Part shown: in pieces, positions 19,136 to 27,619 of the stretch
How positions within the stretch are numbered: the stretch's first letter is position 1
How the letters are laid out: every line of letters begins with the position of its first letter
NCBI GenBank assembly: GCA_041479945.1
Contig: JBGOYZ010000003.1
Location: 1 to 56,094, forward strand
DNA: 56,094 bases
Direction of reading: 5' to 3'
Source of the DNA: Thermoproteota archaeon
GTDB taxonomy: Archaea > Thermoproteota > EX4484-205 > JAAOZO01
Notes under the pieces: model-generated
What the model saw: the letters and a program-made list of their open reading frames with translations, nothing else
Database searches by the model: none
What the model was told of the DNA's origin: nothing
Position numbers and translations under genes: made by a program

Positions 19136-19921
19136 TTGAGCGAATTTGACGCGTTAGGCAAGTTGATAGGGGCGCCAGCCAAGGACTACTTTGGCAGGGA
19201 GATAGGGAAGGTCATCTGCTGTTCGCACGATGGCACTGGCGACATCAAGAGGGTTATCGTATCGAAGTCTGACGGCAACATCGAGGAGTACGACAGGAAG
19301 GACTTGGAGGTCAGCTCATCTGAAGTGGTTGTGAGGGACATGCTCATCTTTTCGGCGAGGTCACTGCGAAAGGAGATTGAGGTCAACTTCAGAAGAGTGC
19401 AAGCACTTGAGGAACTCAAGAAGAACAGTAAGATGCACCAGAGAGTGTACGACGAACTGAAGGCCGAATTCGAGAAGGAATTGGCCTCCCTCAGCGAGGA
19501 GAAGAAAACGTTGGCCGACTTGGCGGATTCAAGGAGAGATGACGTGGCAAAGAGGCTCATGGCGTTGGAGAAGGTCAGGGCTACTGTAGAGGTGCAGGCA
19601 ATGTCCGGTGAAATAGACGAGAACATCTACAGGCTAGCCTTGAGCGAGATAAAATCGGCCATAGACAGGTCAACAAAGGAACTGGACGACCTAGAAAGGG
19701 AACTGAGTTTCCTGGATGTAGACTTCGAGCCGAAGCAGCAGACCGAACTCTACTTGGAGCCGACTTCCTACAAGCCAGTTCAGGGCAACTCTATTCCACA
19801 GGTTCAAGAAAACCCTGTTCCGCAGGAGCAGAGTTCTGGCACAATTCCAGGGTTCTCCTCCGAGACACCGATGGGCCTAGCTGAGGATGTGTCAGGTCCA
19901 CTGCACGTCAGGCGAGTCTAG
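19136..19921 (+). CDS. cdvA: CdvA-like cell-division protein (PRC-barrel-like N-domain, coiled coil, Pro/Gln-rich tail)
   Basis: 261 aa. The N-terminus LIGAPAKDYFGREIGKVI...DGTGDIKRVIV resembles the CdvA N-terminal barrel. A long heptad-rich segment follows, then a low-complexity tail. TTG start. Confidence 0.5.
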   Translation: MSEFDALGKLIGAPAKDYFGREIGKVICCSHDGTGDIKRVIVSKSDGNIEEYDRKDLEVSSSEVVVRDMLIFSARSLRKEIEVNFRRVQALEELKKNSKMHQRVYDELKAEFEKELASLSEEKKTLADLADSRRDDVAKRLMALEKVRATVEVQAMSGEIDENIYRLALSEIKSAIDRSTKELDDLERELSFLDVDFEPKQQTELYLEPTSYKPVQGNSIPQVQENPVPQEQSSGTIPGFSSETPMGLAEDVSGPLHVRRV

Positions 19922-20189
19922 CCTCATACCAGTAAGGTTCGCACTGTCACAGATAGCCCCCGGGTCACTAGAGATGACGCGCAGTCTCTGACTGTTGCTT
20001 CAGTTGTCTGCATGATACCAACCCGGCATCTTGCAGATCCTTTGATCGTCAGGAATCACGAACCTCTGAGCCTGACCTAACTTTAAGTCGTTCTCTCCTC
20101 AAGATGTCGGGCAGCATCAAGATGGTAAAGACGGGGGATCCAGAGACGGCCGAGTTCCAGATTGCAGAGGGAATGTGGTCTGATCTACC

Positions 20190-20960
20190 ATGAGATCTGC
20201 TCATCACATTCACGTCGGAACCTGCGGGTTCTCTGGTTCGATGGGCTCATACTTCAAGCGCTTCGGTGCGGTCGAAATACAACAGACCTTCTACTCCCTG
20301 CCTAGAATAGACACGGCCTCCAGATGGGCGAGAGCGGCTCCGGAAGGATTCATCTTCACCATGAAGGCTTGGCAGGGCATAACCCATGATGCTTCTAGCC
20401 CCACATGGAAGAAGTCGAAAATGCCACCCGGATTCGACCTGAGCAGGTTCGGGCACTTCAGGCCGACGGACGAGGTCTTCGCTGCTTGGGACGCGACAAG
20501 GAAGTTCGCGAGAGAACTGGGCGCTTCCTTCATTGTGATCCAATCTCCCCGTTTTTTTGGAATGAGCGCTCAGAACGAGGTGAATCTGGAGAGCTTCTTC
20601 ACGACCATAGAAAGAGGAGGCCTGACGATCGGTTGGGAGCCAAGAGGGACTTGGTCGGACGATCAAACCAGGTTGCGCAGGATCTTCTCAAGGCTGAACA
20701 TAGTGCACATCGTCGACCCATTCTGGGACATACCTTTGTCGGACCTGCCTCTTTCGTATTTCAAGCTGCACGGGAGAGGAAAGCGACTCACCTACAGGTC
20801 CGACTACACTGATGACAACCTGCACGACTTGGCCAAACTGACTGTGGAAAGATCAAAGTTAGGCCCAATCTACATAATGTTCAACGTGGTGGAGATGAGG
20901 AACATCGCTGATAGGTTCCTAGACCTGCTGGACGAAGTCGCGCCTGGCTCGGCTGGTTAA
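20190..20960 (+). CDS. DUF72 (UPF0759) family protein
   Basis: 256 aa. N-terminal HVGTCGFS...YF..FGAVEIQQTFY matches the DUF72 signature. Confidence 0.65.
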   Translation: MRSAHHIHVGTCGFSGSMGSYFKRFGAVEIQQTFYSLPRIDTASRWARAAPEGFIFTMKAWQGITHDASSPTWKKSKMPPGFDLSRFGHFRPTDEVFAAWDATRKFARELGASFIVIQSPRFFGMSAQNEVNLESFFTTIERGGLTIGWEPRGTWSDDQTRLRRIFSRLNIVHIVDPFWDIPLSDLPLSYFKLHGRGKRLTYRSDYTDDNLHDLAKLTVERSKLGPIYIMFNVVEMRNIADRFLDLLDEVAPGSAG

Positions 20961-20973
20961 CCCAGCTCAGGAG

Positions 20974-22380
20974 CTACTGAATCCACCTCTTCCTCCCAAG
21001 GGTGAATTCGTCTATCTCTCTGTGTCCCTCAACCGTGACAGTCCTTGGGGAAAGCGCTCCTTTGCTCAGAACTCTTGCTTTTCTGAACTTCTCTACGACA
21101 TCATCTGACAAGCCTGCGCTGAACTTGTCCGAGCTGATGTAGCTGCGAAGCATGTCCTCGACCTCAGTCACGCCCCTTTTGACCACAGCCATCCATCTGC
21201 CGTTCTTGATAAACGGTCCCGACACAATGCTTGGGTTCAACCGTTGCTTCGCCAAGAACGCCTCTGAGTTGCTGTAATCGAACGCGCTGGGCCCATTGCG
21301 GAGGATAGACGCAGGCAATACATCGTCTTCAAGAGCGAAGAAGATCAAGACCTCCTTCGATTCATCCGTCCAGTTGCCGGATCTGATCACATTGAAGCCA
21401 GTCCGAGACAGTTCCGTTTCGATCTTTCTCCTGATCCTGTGAACTTGCCCCCAAAGGACATCAGGCGGAGCGTCCCAAGGTGAGACCCGGACGCATATCA
21501 CGTCGAGACCAGACCCCGACACTGATTTGGACTTGAGCCCCGTTCTTGATTGAGAGAAGAAAGACTCCGAAGGTCGGGCAACAAAGGCCCTTGAAGCCCA
21601 GACGAGATCAGCCAAGTGATCTACCGAGACGGACGAAGCCACATTTCTTTCCCTGTCGACGGGGTCTATGACAACAAAGTCGGATCTGAATGCGCTCGCA
21701 ATCTGTCTTGGCTCTTGGTCCGCGGTCAGGCCTTTCAAATCTACTACGAGGGGTAGCTTCAGCTCGGCGAGTTTGTCAAGTAAGTCCATGAACCCGCCGG
21801 ACCATAGTGTCAGTAGCTCGCTCAGAAACCCACTGAATCCTTCGACCCTTATCTCGGCTCCGTAGACGCCGATACCCTTGAGAAATGCCTTGAAGATCCT
21901 GGCCTGATCTTTCGTCGAAGGGTTGAAGTTTTCGTTCACGAACTGCGTGTGGTATATCGTCCTGTCCGTCGCGGACAGCCAGTTTGGTGGTGTGGCCTTG
22001 TAGCATGGTACAAAGTCCACGTCAACGCTCTTGAACCTGACCGTCGCGTAAGGGTGCTCTGCATACCGGAGCGTGACTCTTCTCTCTCCGAATGCTCTTC
22101 TTGCCTCGCCTATGACTATTTCGCCCATCCGTTGCTTGTCGTAGCTCGGCGGGAACAGAATGAACACATCAGCGTCTACGTCCGACCTGATCCAAGTATC
22201 CTTCTGCAGCGATCCCTGAAGGGTGACTTCAAGCGATGGGTCGACTTTAGACAAGGCCCGCTTCATCACATCGATGGCTTCACTCACGATGCCCATGATT
22301 CGCTCTCTTTCCTCTGGAGCAGGCTTGATCTTGAGCAACACTTTCCTCAGGATCTCATCATGAGTTGTCAAAGAGGGCAC
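20974..22380 (-). CDS. cca: CCA-adding enzyme (class I archaeal tRNA nucleotidyltransferase)
   Basis: 468 aa. The N-terminal head domain has GS...KDTW..SDVDADVFILFP (the polymerase-beta-type catalytic carboxylates). Size and layout are typical of archaeal Cca. Confidence 0.85.
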   Translation of the reverse strand: MPSLTTHDEILRKVLLKIKPAPEERERIMGIVSEAIDVMKRALSKVDPSLEVTLQGSLQKDTWIRSDVDADVFILFPPSYDKQRMGEIVIGEARRAFGERRVTLRYAEHPYATVRFKSVDVDFVPCYKATPPNWLSATDRTIYHTQFVNENFNPSTKDQARIFKAFLKGIGVYGAEIRVEGFSGFLSELLTLWSGGFMDLLDKLAELKLPLVVDLKGLTADQEPRQIASAFRSDFVVIDPVDRERNVASSVSVDHLADLVWASRAFVARPSESFFSQSRTGLKSKSVSGSGLDVICVRVSPWDAPPDVLWGQVHRIRRKIETELSRTGFNVIRSGNWTDESKEVLIFFALEDDVLPASILRNGPSAFDYSNSEAFLAKQRLNPSIVSGPFIKNGRWMAVVKRGVTEVEDMLRSYISSDKFSAGLSDDVVEKFRKARVLSKGALSPRTVTVEGHREIDEFTLGRKRWIQ

Positions 22381-22387
22381 ACCTGAC

Positions 22388-22951
22388 CTAGCCGGAGGAC
22401 TCGCAGAGCGTTTCGTACACCGGGCCTCTCGGGGTGAGCGTGCTTCTCTTCAGCCTGACAGGGCTGGTCAGCGATTCTCCGATGTCAGCATCCACCAGCG
22501 ACTCAAGCTTCGGGGTCAGGTTCTCTTTCCCGAAGAGCGACCTCGCCCTTGCCACTGTCAGATGAGGCTTGAACGATTCACGTTGATCTACTTCCACCCC
22601 TGATTCGATACCCATTCTCAGGGCGGCGCTTGCGTACCTCTCCAGATCCTCCTTGCCCTTCGTAACTCCCACCCATACCACCCTCGCCTTTCTCGGTCCC
22701 GGGAACGCTCCGACGCCCCGCAGACAGATGGTCAGAGGAGGCAACTTGGTGGAGGCTAGCCGACGGCACAGGAAGCTTCTCTGATTGTCGTCGATCTCGC
22801 CGAAGAAAGCCATTGTGAAATGCAGATTCCCAGGCTCAACGAACTTGAGGTCTGCTCCCGCAGTCATCAGAATATTCTGAATCCCCTTGATTTTGGCCCT
22901 TACCGTCTCATCCGTCAGGTCCAAGGACATGAACGCTCTCAAGTGGCTCAT
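22388..22951 (-). CDS. thpR: RNA 2',3'-cyclic phosphodiesterase (2H family, ThpR/LigT)
   Basis: 187 aa with two H-x-T-x motifs (HFTMAF and HLTVAR). Confidence 0.85.
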   Translation of the reverse strand: MSHLRAFMSLDLTDETVRAKIKGIQNILMTAGADLKFVEPGNLHFTMAFFGEIDDNQRSFLCRRLASTKLPPLTICLRGVGAFPGPRKARVVWVGVTKGKEDLERYASAALRMGIESGVEVDQRESFKPHLTVARARSLFGKENLTPKLESLVDADIGESLTSPVRLKRSTLTPRGPVYETLCESSG

Positions 22952-23037
22952 TATCGGTTCGGTTCCGCTGCTTTAAATCGTTTCTTTGTCGCCGACAAGC
23001 TTATCTCGGAAGAGAAAAGCCCGAAGTTCACGAACCA

Positions 23038-23634
23038 TTGTCAAGGCCTCCGGAGAAAACAAACGAGGAGACAACTTCTCTAGTTCTGATCGCTGGCCTG
23101 CCGGGTGCAGGCAAGACGACCGTTGCGAAGATCCTGGCTGAGAAGGGACTGCCAGTGCTCTCGATGGGCGATGTCATGAGAGAAGAGGCAAGACGACGAG
23201 GCAAGCCAGATGACATTGACTCGATGAGGGGGTTCATGGTCCAGCTGAGGAAGGAACGCGGTGAAACGGTCGTGGCTGAGCTCGTCATCGGGAAACTGAG
23301 AGGAATCAGCTGGCCCCTGGTAGTCATCGACGGTCTCAGGTCCGAGGAAGAGCTTGAGGCTTTCAGACGAGTTGCGGGTAGAGTACTGCTGATACTGGTG
23401 GCCTCGGATCTCCAGCATAGGTTTCAGAGGCTTTCGAAGAGGGCGCGGCCCGATGATCCGAAAAAGGTGGAGGATCTGAGGAGGAGAGATGACACCGAAC
23501 TGACGGTAGGTCTGGAGAAGCTGATGTCCAGAGAAGGCGTCAGGATCACAAACGACGGGGATATAGAGTCTCTCAAGAGAAAGACGGTCGAACTGTTCAG
23601 AAAGCAGGGCTCAATCTATGACGTATTCGGCTAG
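23038..23634 (+). CDS. P-loop nucleotide/nucleoside kinase-like protein (UPF0200 / dephospho-CoA-kinase-like fold)
   Basis: 198 aa. Walker A is GLPGAGKTT. The architecture is short and adenylate-kinase-like, with a lid-like RRRDD segment. The substrate cannot be inferred. TTG start; the 3' end overlaps rnz convergently. Confidence 0.5.
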   Translation: MSRPPEKTNEETTSLVLIAGLPGAGKTTVAKILAEKGLPVLSMGDVMREEARRRGKPDDIDSMRGFMVQLRKERGETVVAELVIGKLRGISWPLVVIDGLRSEEELEAFRRVAGRVLLILVASDLQHRFQRLSKRARPDDPKKVEDLRRRDDTELTVGLEKLMSREGVRITNDGDIESLKRKTVELFRKQGSIYDVFG

Positions 23635-24531
23635 GTCCTGCGCGACTTCCACATTCTTGAAGGTCTTCCTAGCTTCCTCAAGCAAGGGTTCCGCATTCTG
23701 GTATCTCGCGCTGATGTGAGTCAGTATCAACTGCCTTACTCCGGCCATGGAGGCCACTTTGGCCGCATCGGCCGCCAGAGCGTGCATCACCTTCTTTGCC
23801 GACTCAGCCCTTGATGACTCGAAGGTCGCCTCGTGGATCAAGATGTCAACCCCCTTTGAGAACCCGACCACTTCCTCGGAGAAGGCAGTGTCGCCCGTGT
23901 AGACGATCTTGAACCCCGGGCGGGGTGGTCCCACGACGTCTTCGGGTTTTACGGTCTTGCCCCTGACCGTGACCGCCTTCCCCTTGGTGAGAACTGTTCT
24001 CAATGGCCCAGGAGGGACTCCCAGTCTCTTGGCCACCTCCTCGTCGAACTTTCCGGGCCTGTCCTTCTCCTCAAACTTGAACGCCCAAGATTCCACCGAG
24101 TGTCGTGATTTGGTGGCGAGGATCCGGTAGTCCTTTCCCTCTACAACCAACCCAGGCCTGACTATCTCGACTGAACTCACTGGGAAGTCAACGTTGTCCT
24201 CATATATCGTGGGCAGCAGACAGCTCAGGAAGGCGTTCAGTCCGGTTGGTCCATATACTGACAGCGGATCTTCCCTGCCGAGCAGATCCATCGTCATCAG
24301 CAGGCCGGGCAGGCCGAGGACATGATCTCCGTGGAGATGTGTGATGAACACCTTAGCCACCTTCATCGGGCTTATTCCCGCTTTGATCATGTTGTTCTGA
24401 GTCCCCTCACCGACATCAAGTAGCATCACCTCTCCCTTCCACTGCAGGGCGACTGAGGAGAGTCCCCTATCGCCAGTGGGAACGCCGGCGGATGTGCCAA
24501 GGAACACCAGTTTACCTCTCATGCCAATCAT
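23611..24531 (-). CDS. rnz: Ribonuclease Z (tRNA 3' endonuclease)
   Basis: 306 aa. It has the metallo-beta-lactamase motif HLHGDH and the N-terminus LVFLGTSAGVPT..R. An ATGA overlap joins it to the upstream methyltransferase gene. Confidence 0.85.
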   Translation of the reverse strand: MIGMRGKLVFLGTSAGVPTGDRGLSSVALQWKGEVMLLDVGEGTQNNMIKAGISPMKVAKVFITHLHGDHVLGLPGLLMTMDLLGREDPLSVYGPTGLNAFLSCLLPTIYEDNVDFPVSSVEIVRPGLVVEGKDYRILATKSRHSVESWAFKFEEKDRPGKFDEEVAKRLGVPPGPLRTVLTKGKAVTVRGKTVKPEDVVGPPRPGFKIVYTGDTAFSEEVVGFSKGVDILIHEATFESSRAESAKKVMHALAADAAKVASMAGVRQLILTHISARYQNAEPLLEEARKTFKNVEVAQDLAEYVID

Positions 24532-25556
24532 CTCCGCGCGACTGCGAACACCCTAGTGAGGGAGTCGTGCACCCTTATTTCATCCTTGCTGACAAGTTTG
24601 AGCCCTGCGTTCCTGACCATGTCAGCCACCGACTCTCCAGAGGGATAGACCAACGATAAGCACCCGTTTGTTGGCAATGCGTCCCTCGAGAACTCCACCA
24701 GATCTTGATATGTCTCACTCACGAGCCGGTCCTTGACCATTGGCGACAGTATGCCGTACGGCGGGTCAGTAATGATCGCATCTGCTTTCATGAAGGGGCA
24801 CTTCTGCGCGTCGCCCACCGCAAGATGGAAATCGCTGTAGCCGAACTTGTTCAGGTTGGCCCGAGCACCCTTGATCATCGAAATCTTGAAGTCCAGGCCT
24901 AGACTCGTTGCGCCCAGTTCGCAGGCTTCGATCAGCATGCCACCCGCTCCACAGAACGGGTCTAGCACTATGTCGCCTCGCCTGACCCTCGCTAGGTTGA
25001 CCAGCACTCTGCAGAACTCGGGTTGCAGTGTCGAATGGTGCGAGAAGGGCTTCACCTCGTTCCTGTGGGCCGGAAGCACCTTGCGGGCAGTGGGAACGAT
25101 TCTCACGCCCAAGACAGCCCCATCAGGCGCGACGAGCATCACGAAGGTTCTTTCAGGATTGACCAGTCTGACCTTGGCCTGCATCGCCCCAGCCAGCAAT
25201 CCGCCGATCTCGCTCACGAGGGGGTTCACCGACTCAGCTGGCACAGCTGCACCTACTCTCTTCACGACCAGCTTGAATGACTGGGTCTTGGGGGTAGGCA
25301 TACCTCTCCGTATCTCCTTCGAGATATCCCCTGCGCCGCCCCTTGAGAAGGTCAGTTCCTCACACATGAACTGAGACAACGAAAGCCTAGCCGCCGCGCG
25401 CGAGGCTGAGCCACTATCTGCGCTGAACCTAAGGACACCCTGAATTCCTGGTCTCATCTCGAAGGCGGCTCCTTCGGCTTCCATCGCACCCTCCAACTCA
25501 CTGACTGGCAACCTCCCGTAGCCCTGCGCAAAGGCGACGAAGAGAGATTCCGTCAT
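24528..25556 (-). CDS. THUMP-domain SAM-dependent tRNA methyltransferase (Trm11/TrmG10-like, guanine-N2)
   Basis: 342 aa. It has an N-terminal THUMP-like region, SAM motif I LDPFCGAGGMLIEA and catalytic DPPYG. An ATGA overlap joins it to prs upstream. Confidence 0.7.
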   Translation of the reverse strand: MTESLFVAFAQGYGRLPVSELEGAMEAEGAAFEMRPGIQGVLRFSADSGSASRAAARLSLSQFMCEELTFSRGGAGDISKEIRRGMPTPKTQSFKLVVKRVGAAVPAESVNPLVSEIGGLLAGAMQAKVRLVNPERTFVMLVAPDGAVLGVRIVPTARKVLPAHRNEVKPFSHHSTLQPEFCRVLVNLARVRRGDIVLDPFCGAGGMLIEACELGATSLGLDFKISMIKGARANLNKFGYSDFHLAVGDAQKCPFMKADAIITDPPYGILSPMVKDRLVSETYQDLVEFSRDALPTNGCLSLVYPSGESVADMVRNAGLKLVSKDEIRVHDSLTRVFAVARR

Positions 25557-26434
25557 GGAAACTCCTTCTTCACTGATTCGGCGACCGATTGTGCAACTGA
25601 GTATCTCGTGAACTTGCTTTCGATCGTGTCCGAGGCAAAGATGAAACTCACTCCAGCCTCTGTCATTTTCTGCTCGGCTTCATGGGCAAACAGACCATGC
25701 ACACAGCCTGCTTCGATCCTCTCAAAGCCGGCCGACCTCAGCAGTTCTGCGGCTTTCACGATAGTGCCTCCCGAGCTTATCATGTCGTCGAAGAGAACCG
25801 CGACCGGACTAGTTCTCGGCACGCTTCCGATCTTTGCCGTCACACTCCCAGTGGCCAGGTCTCTGGATTTCTCTATCCAGCCGAAGTCGACCGAGAGTCT
25901 AGTCGCCAGGTCCTTTGCATCCGGTAACCTCTTCTCATCGGGAGCTACCACAACACAGTCTCCCCGGTTCCTCAAGAACTCAGCAGTGTCCTCCGCAGGC
26001 AACACTGGGTGGCAAGGCACGCTGAAAAAGGAAAGTGACTCTTCACTATGCGGTTCGACGATGAAGATCCCGCTGACCCCACACGTTTCAAGGTTCCGTG
26101 CAATCAGCTCTGCGGTGAGTGCCTCGCCTGGCAGGAACTTCCTATCCTGTCTCGAGTAGGCCATGTACGGGACAACTGCAACTATGTTCCTCACGCCGAG
26201 GCCTCTGGCTGCAGAAGCCATCTGAAGCAGGATCATCAAGTTCTCTGCCTGAGGAGAACACAGGGACTGTACGAGGATCAGTTCGTCGCCCTTGGCCGCC
26301 TCCTCCAATCTCACGTAGGTTTCACCGTCAGGAAAGTGCCTGCAGGTGACTCCTATCGTCTCTATGCCGAGCTTTTGAGCAAGTGATACACCCAGTGAGG
26401 TTGAGGACGGACCTACTGCCAGTTTTACTGCCAT
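25553..26434 (-). CDS. prs: Ribose-phosphate pyrophosphokinase
   Basis: 293 aa with a PRPP-binding loop (VLFDDMISSGGT) and an archaeal Prs-type N-terminal domain. Confidence 0.9.
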   Translation of the reverse strand: MAVKLAVGPSSTSLGVSLAQKLGIETIGVTCRHFPDGETYVRLEEAAKGDELILVQSLCSPQAENLMILLQMASAARGLGVRNIVAVVPYMAYSRQDRKFLPGEALTAELIARNLETCGVSGIFIVEPHSEESLSFFSVPCHPVLPAEDTAEFLRNRGDCVVVAPDEKRLPDAKDLATRLSVDFGWIEKSRDLATGSVTAKIGSVPRTSPVAVLFDDMISSGGTIVKAAELLRSAGFERIEAGCVHGLFAHEAEQKMTEAGVSFIFASDTIESKFTRYSVAQSVAESVKKEFP

Positions 26435-26485
26435 CTGCTTCCACTCTGTGACTTTCTCGTATTAACCCTATTGGCCGTTGACACA

Positions 26486-27574
26486 TCAATACAATATAGA
26501 TGCCGAAGAGACGGTCGGATTACCCACGATTGGTATGGCGGTTCCACAGTCCGGACATGAGTTGTCCTCAGTGAGGTTGACCGCATCTACGAACATGCCA
26601 TGTCTGGAGATCAGCAGCTTCCCACAGTTGTGACAGTATGTGCTCTCTGTCTTATGGCCTGGCACGTTGCCCGCGTAGACATATCGCAACCCCTCCTTCT
26701 TTGCGATCTCCAAGCCCTCTTCTATCAGCTTCAGCGGTGTCGCGGGGACATCGAACATCTTGTAAGAAGGGAAGAATCTGAGCAGATGAAACGGAACGAA
26801 CGGGCCTAGTTCATCTCTCACCCACCCTACAAGTTTGACAAGGTCCTGCGTAGATTCGCCGTACTTGGGAACTATCAGATCCGTGACTTCCACGTGAACA
26901 CCTTTCTCCTTCATCCCCTTCAGTGTCTGGAATATGTGGTCGGTGCTCGGAACGCCCATCTTCTGCAGGTAGAACTGTTTGTTCCCATTGCCCTTGAGAT
27001 CCACGGTCGCCGCATCCAGATGCGGATGGACAAAATCGAGTGCTTCGGCCGTCATTGAACCGTTCGTCACCATTGTGTTCTTCATGCCCTTCTTGTGGGC
27101 TAGTTTGGCCGTTTCCGCGACGAATTCGATGTTCATGGTGGGCTCGGTGTAAGTATAGCTTATTGATGTCGCACCTAGCTTGGCTGCATCTCTGACGACC
27201 TGTTCGGGTGTCCTATCCCTCCCTGAAATCTCCTTGCTCTGCGATATGTCACTATTGCAGCAGAAGCAGCATCGGTAGTTGCACCCGACGGTCGCTATCG
27301 AATACGCTGTCGACCCAGGATAGAAGTGAAAAAGAGGCTTCTTCTCGATCGGGTCGAGGTTTTCTGCGATGAGTCTGCCGTAGTTCAGACTGTAAAGTTT
27401 CCCGTCCACATTCTTCCTAACGTAGCAGAAGCCGAGGCCTCCTCGTCGGATCCGGCATCTTCTGAAGCATACCTGGCATTCCACGTCCCCATCCAGGCGT
27501 TTGTAGAGGGAGGCTTCAATCAAAGTCTGGATCAATTGTGAGAAGGGAGATTTAAAGCGAATCTGAGTCTCCAT
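26486..27574 (-). CDS. Radical SAM enzyme, AmmeMemoRadiSam-type (PFL-activase-like) with C-terminal zinc ribbon
   Basis: It has CxxxCxxC (GCNYRCCFCCN), an N-terminal Cys cluster (CQVCFRRCRI..G..GFC) and a C-terminal CHNCG...CPDCG. The first 75 aa or so of the 437-aa ORF look non-coding. The start is set at ATG 27574 (METQIRF), with 27598 as an alternative. Confidence 0.65.
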   Translation of the reverse strand: METQIRFKSPFSQLIQTLIEASLYKRLDGDVECQVCFRRCRIRRGGLGFCYVRKNVDGKLYSLNYGRLIAENLDPIEKKPLFHFYPGSTAYSIATVGCNYRCCFCCNSDISQSKEISGRDRTPEQVVRDAAKLGATSISYTYTEPTMNIEFVAETAKLAHKKGMKNTMVTNGSMTAEALDFVHPHLDAATVDLKGNGNKQFYLQKMGVPSTDHIFQTLKGMKEKGVHVEVTDLIVPKYGESTQDLVKLVGWVRDELGPFVPFHLLRFFPSYKMFDVPATPLKLIEEGLEIAKKEGLRYVYAGNVPGHKTESTYCHNCGKLLISRHGMFVDAVNLTEDNSCPDCGTAIPIVGNPTVSSASILY

Positions 27575-27619
27575 CGGGAACGAAAGGATTAAGCGCATGC
27601 GGGGTGTTGGCAACAGGGC

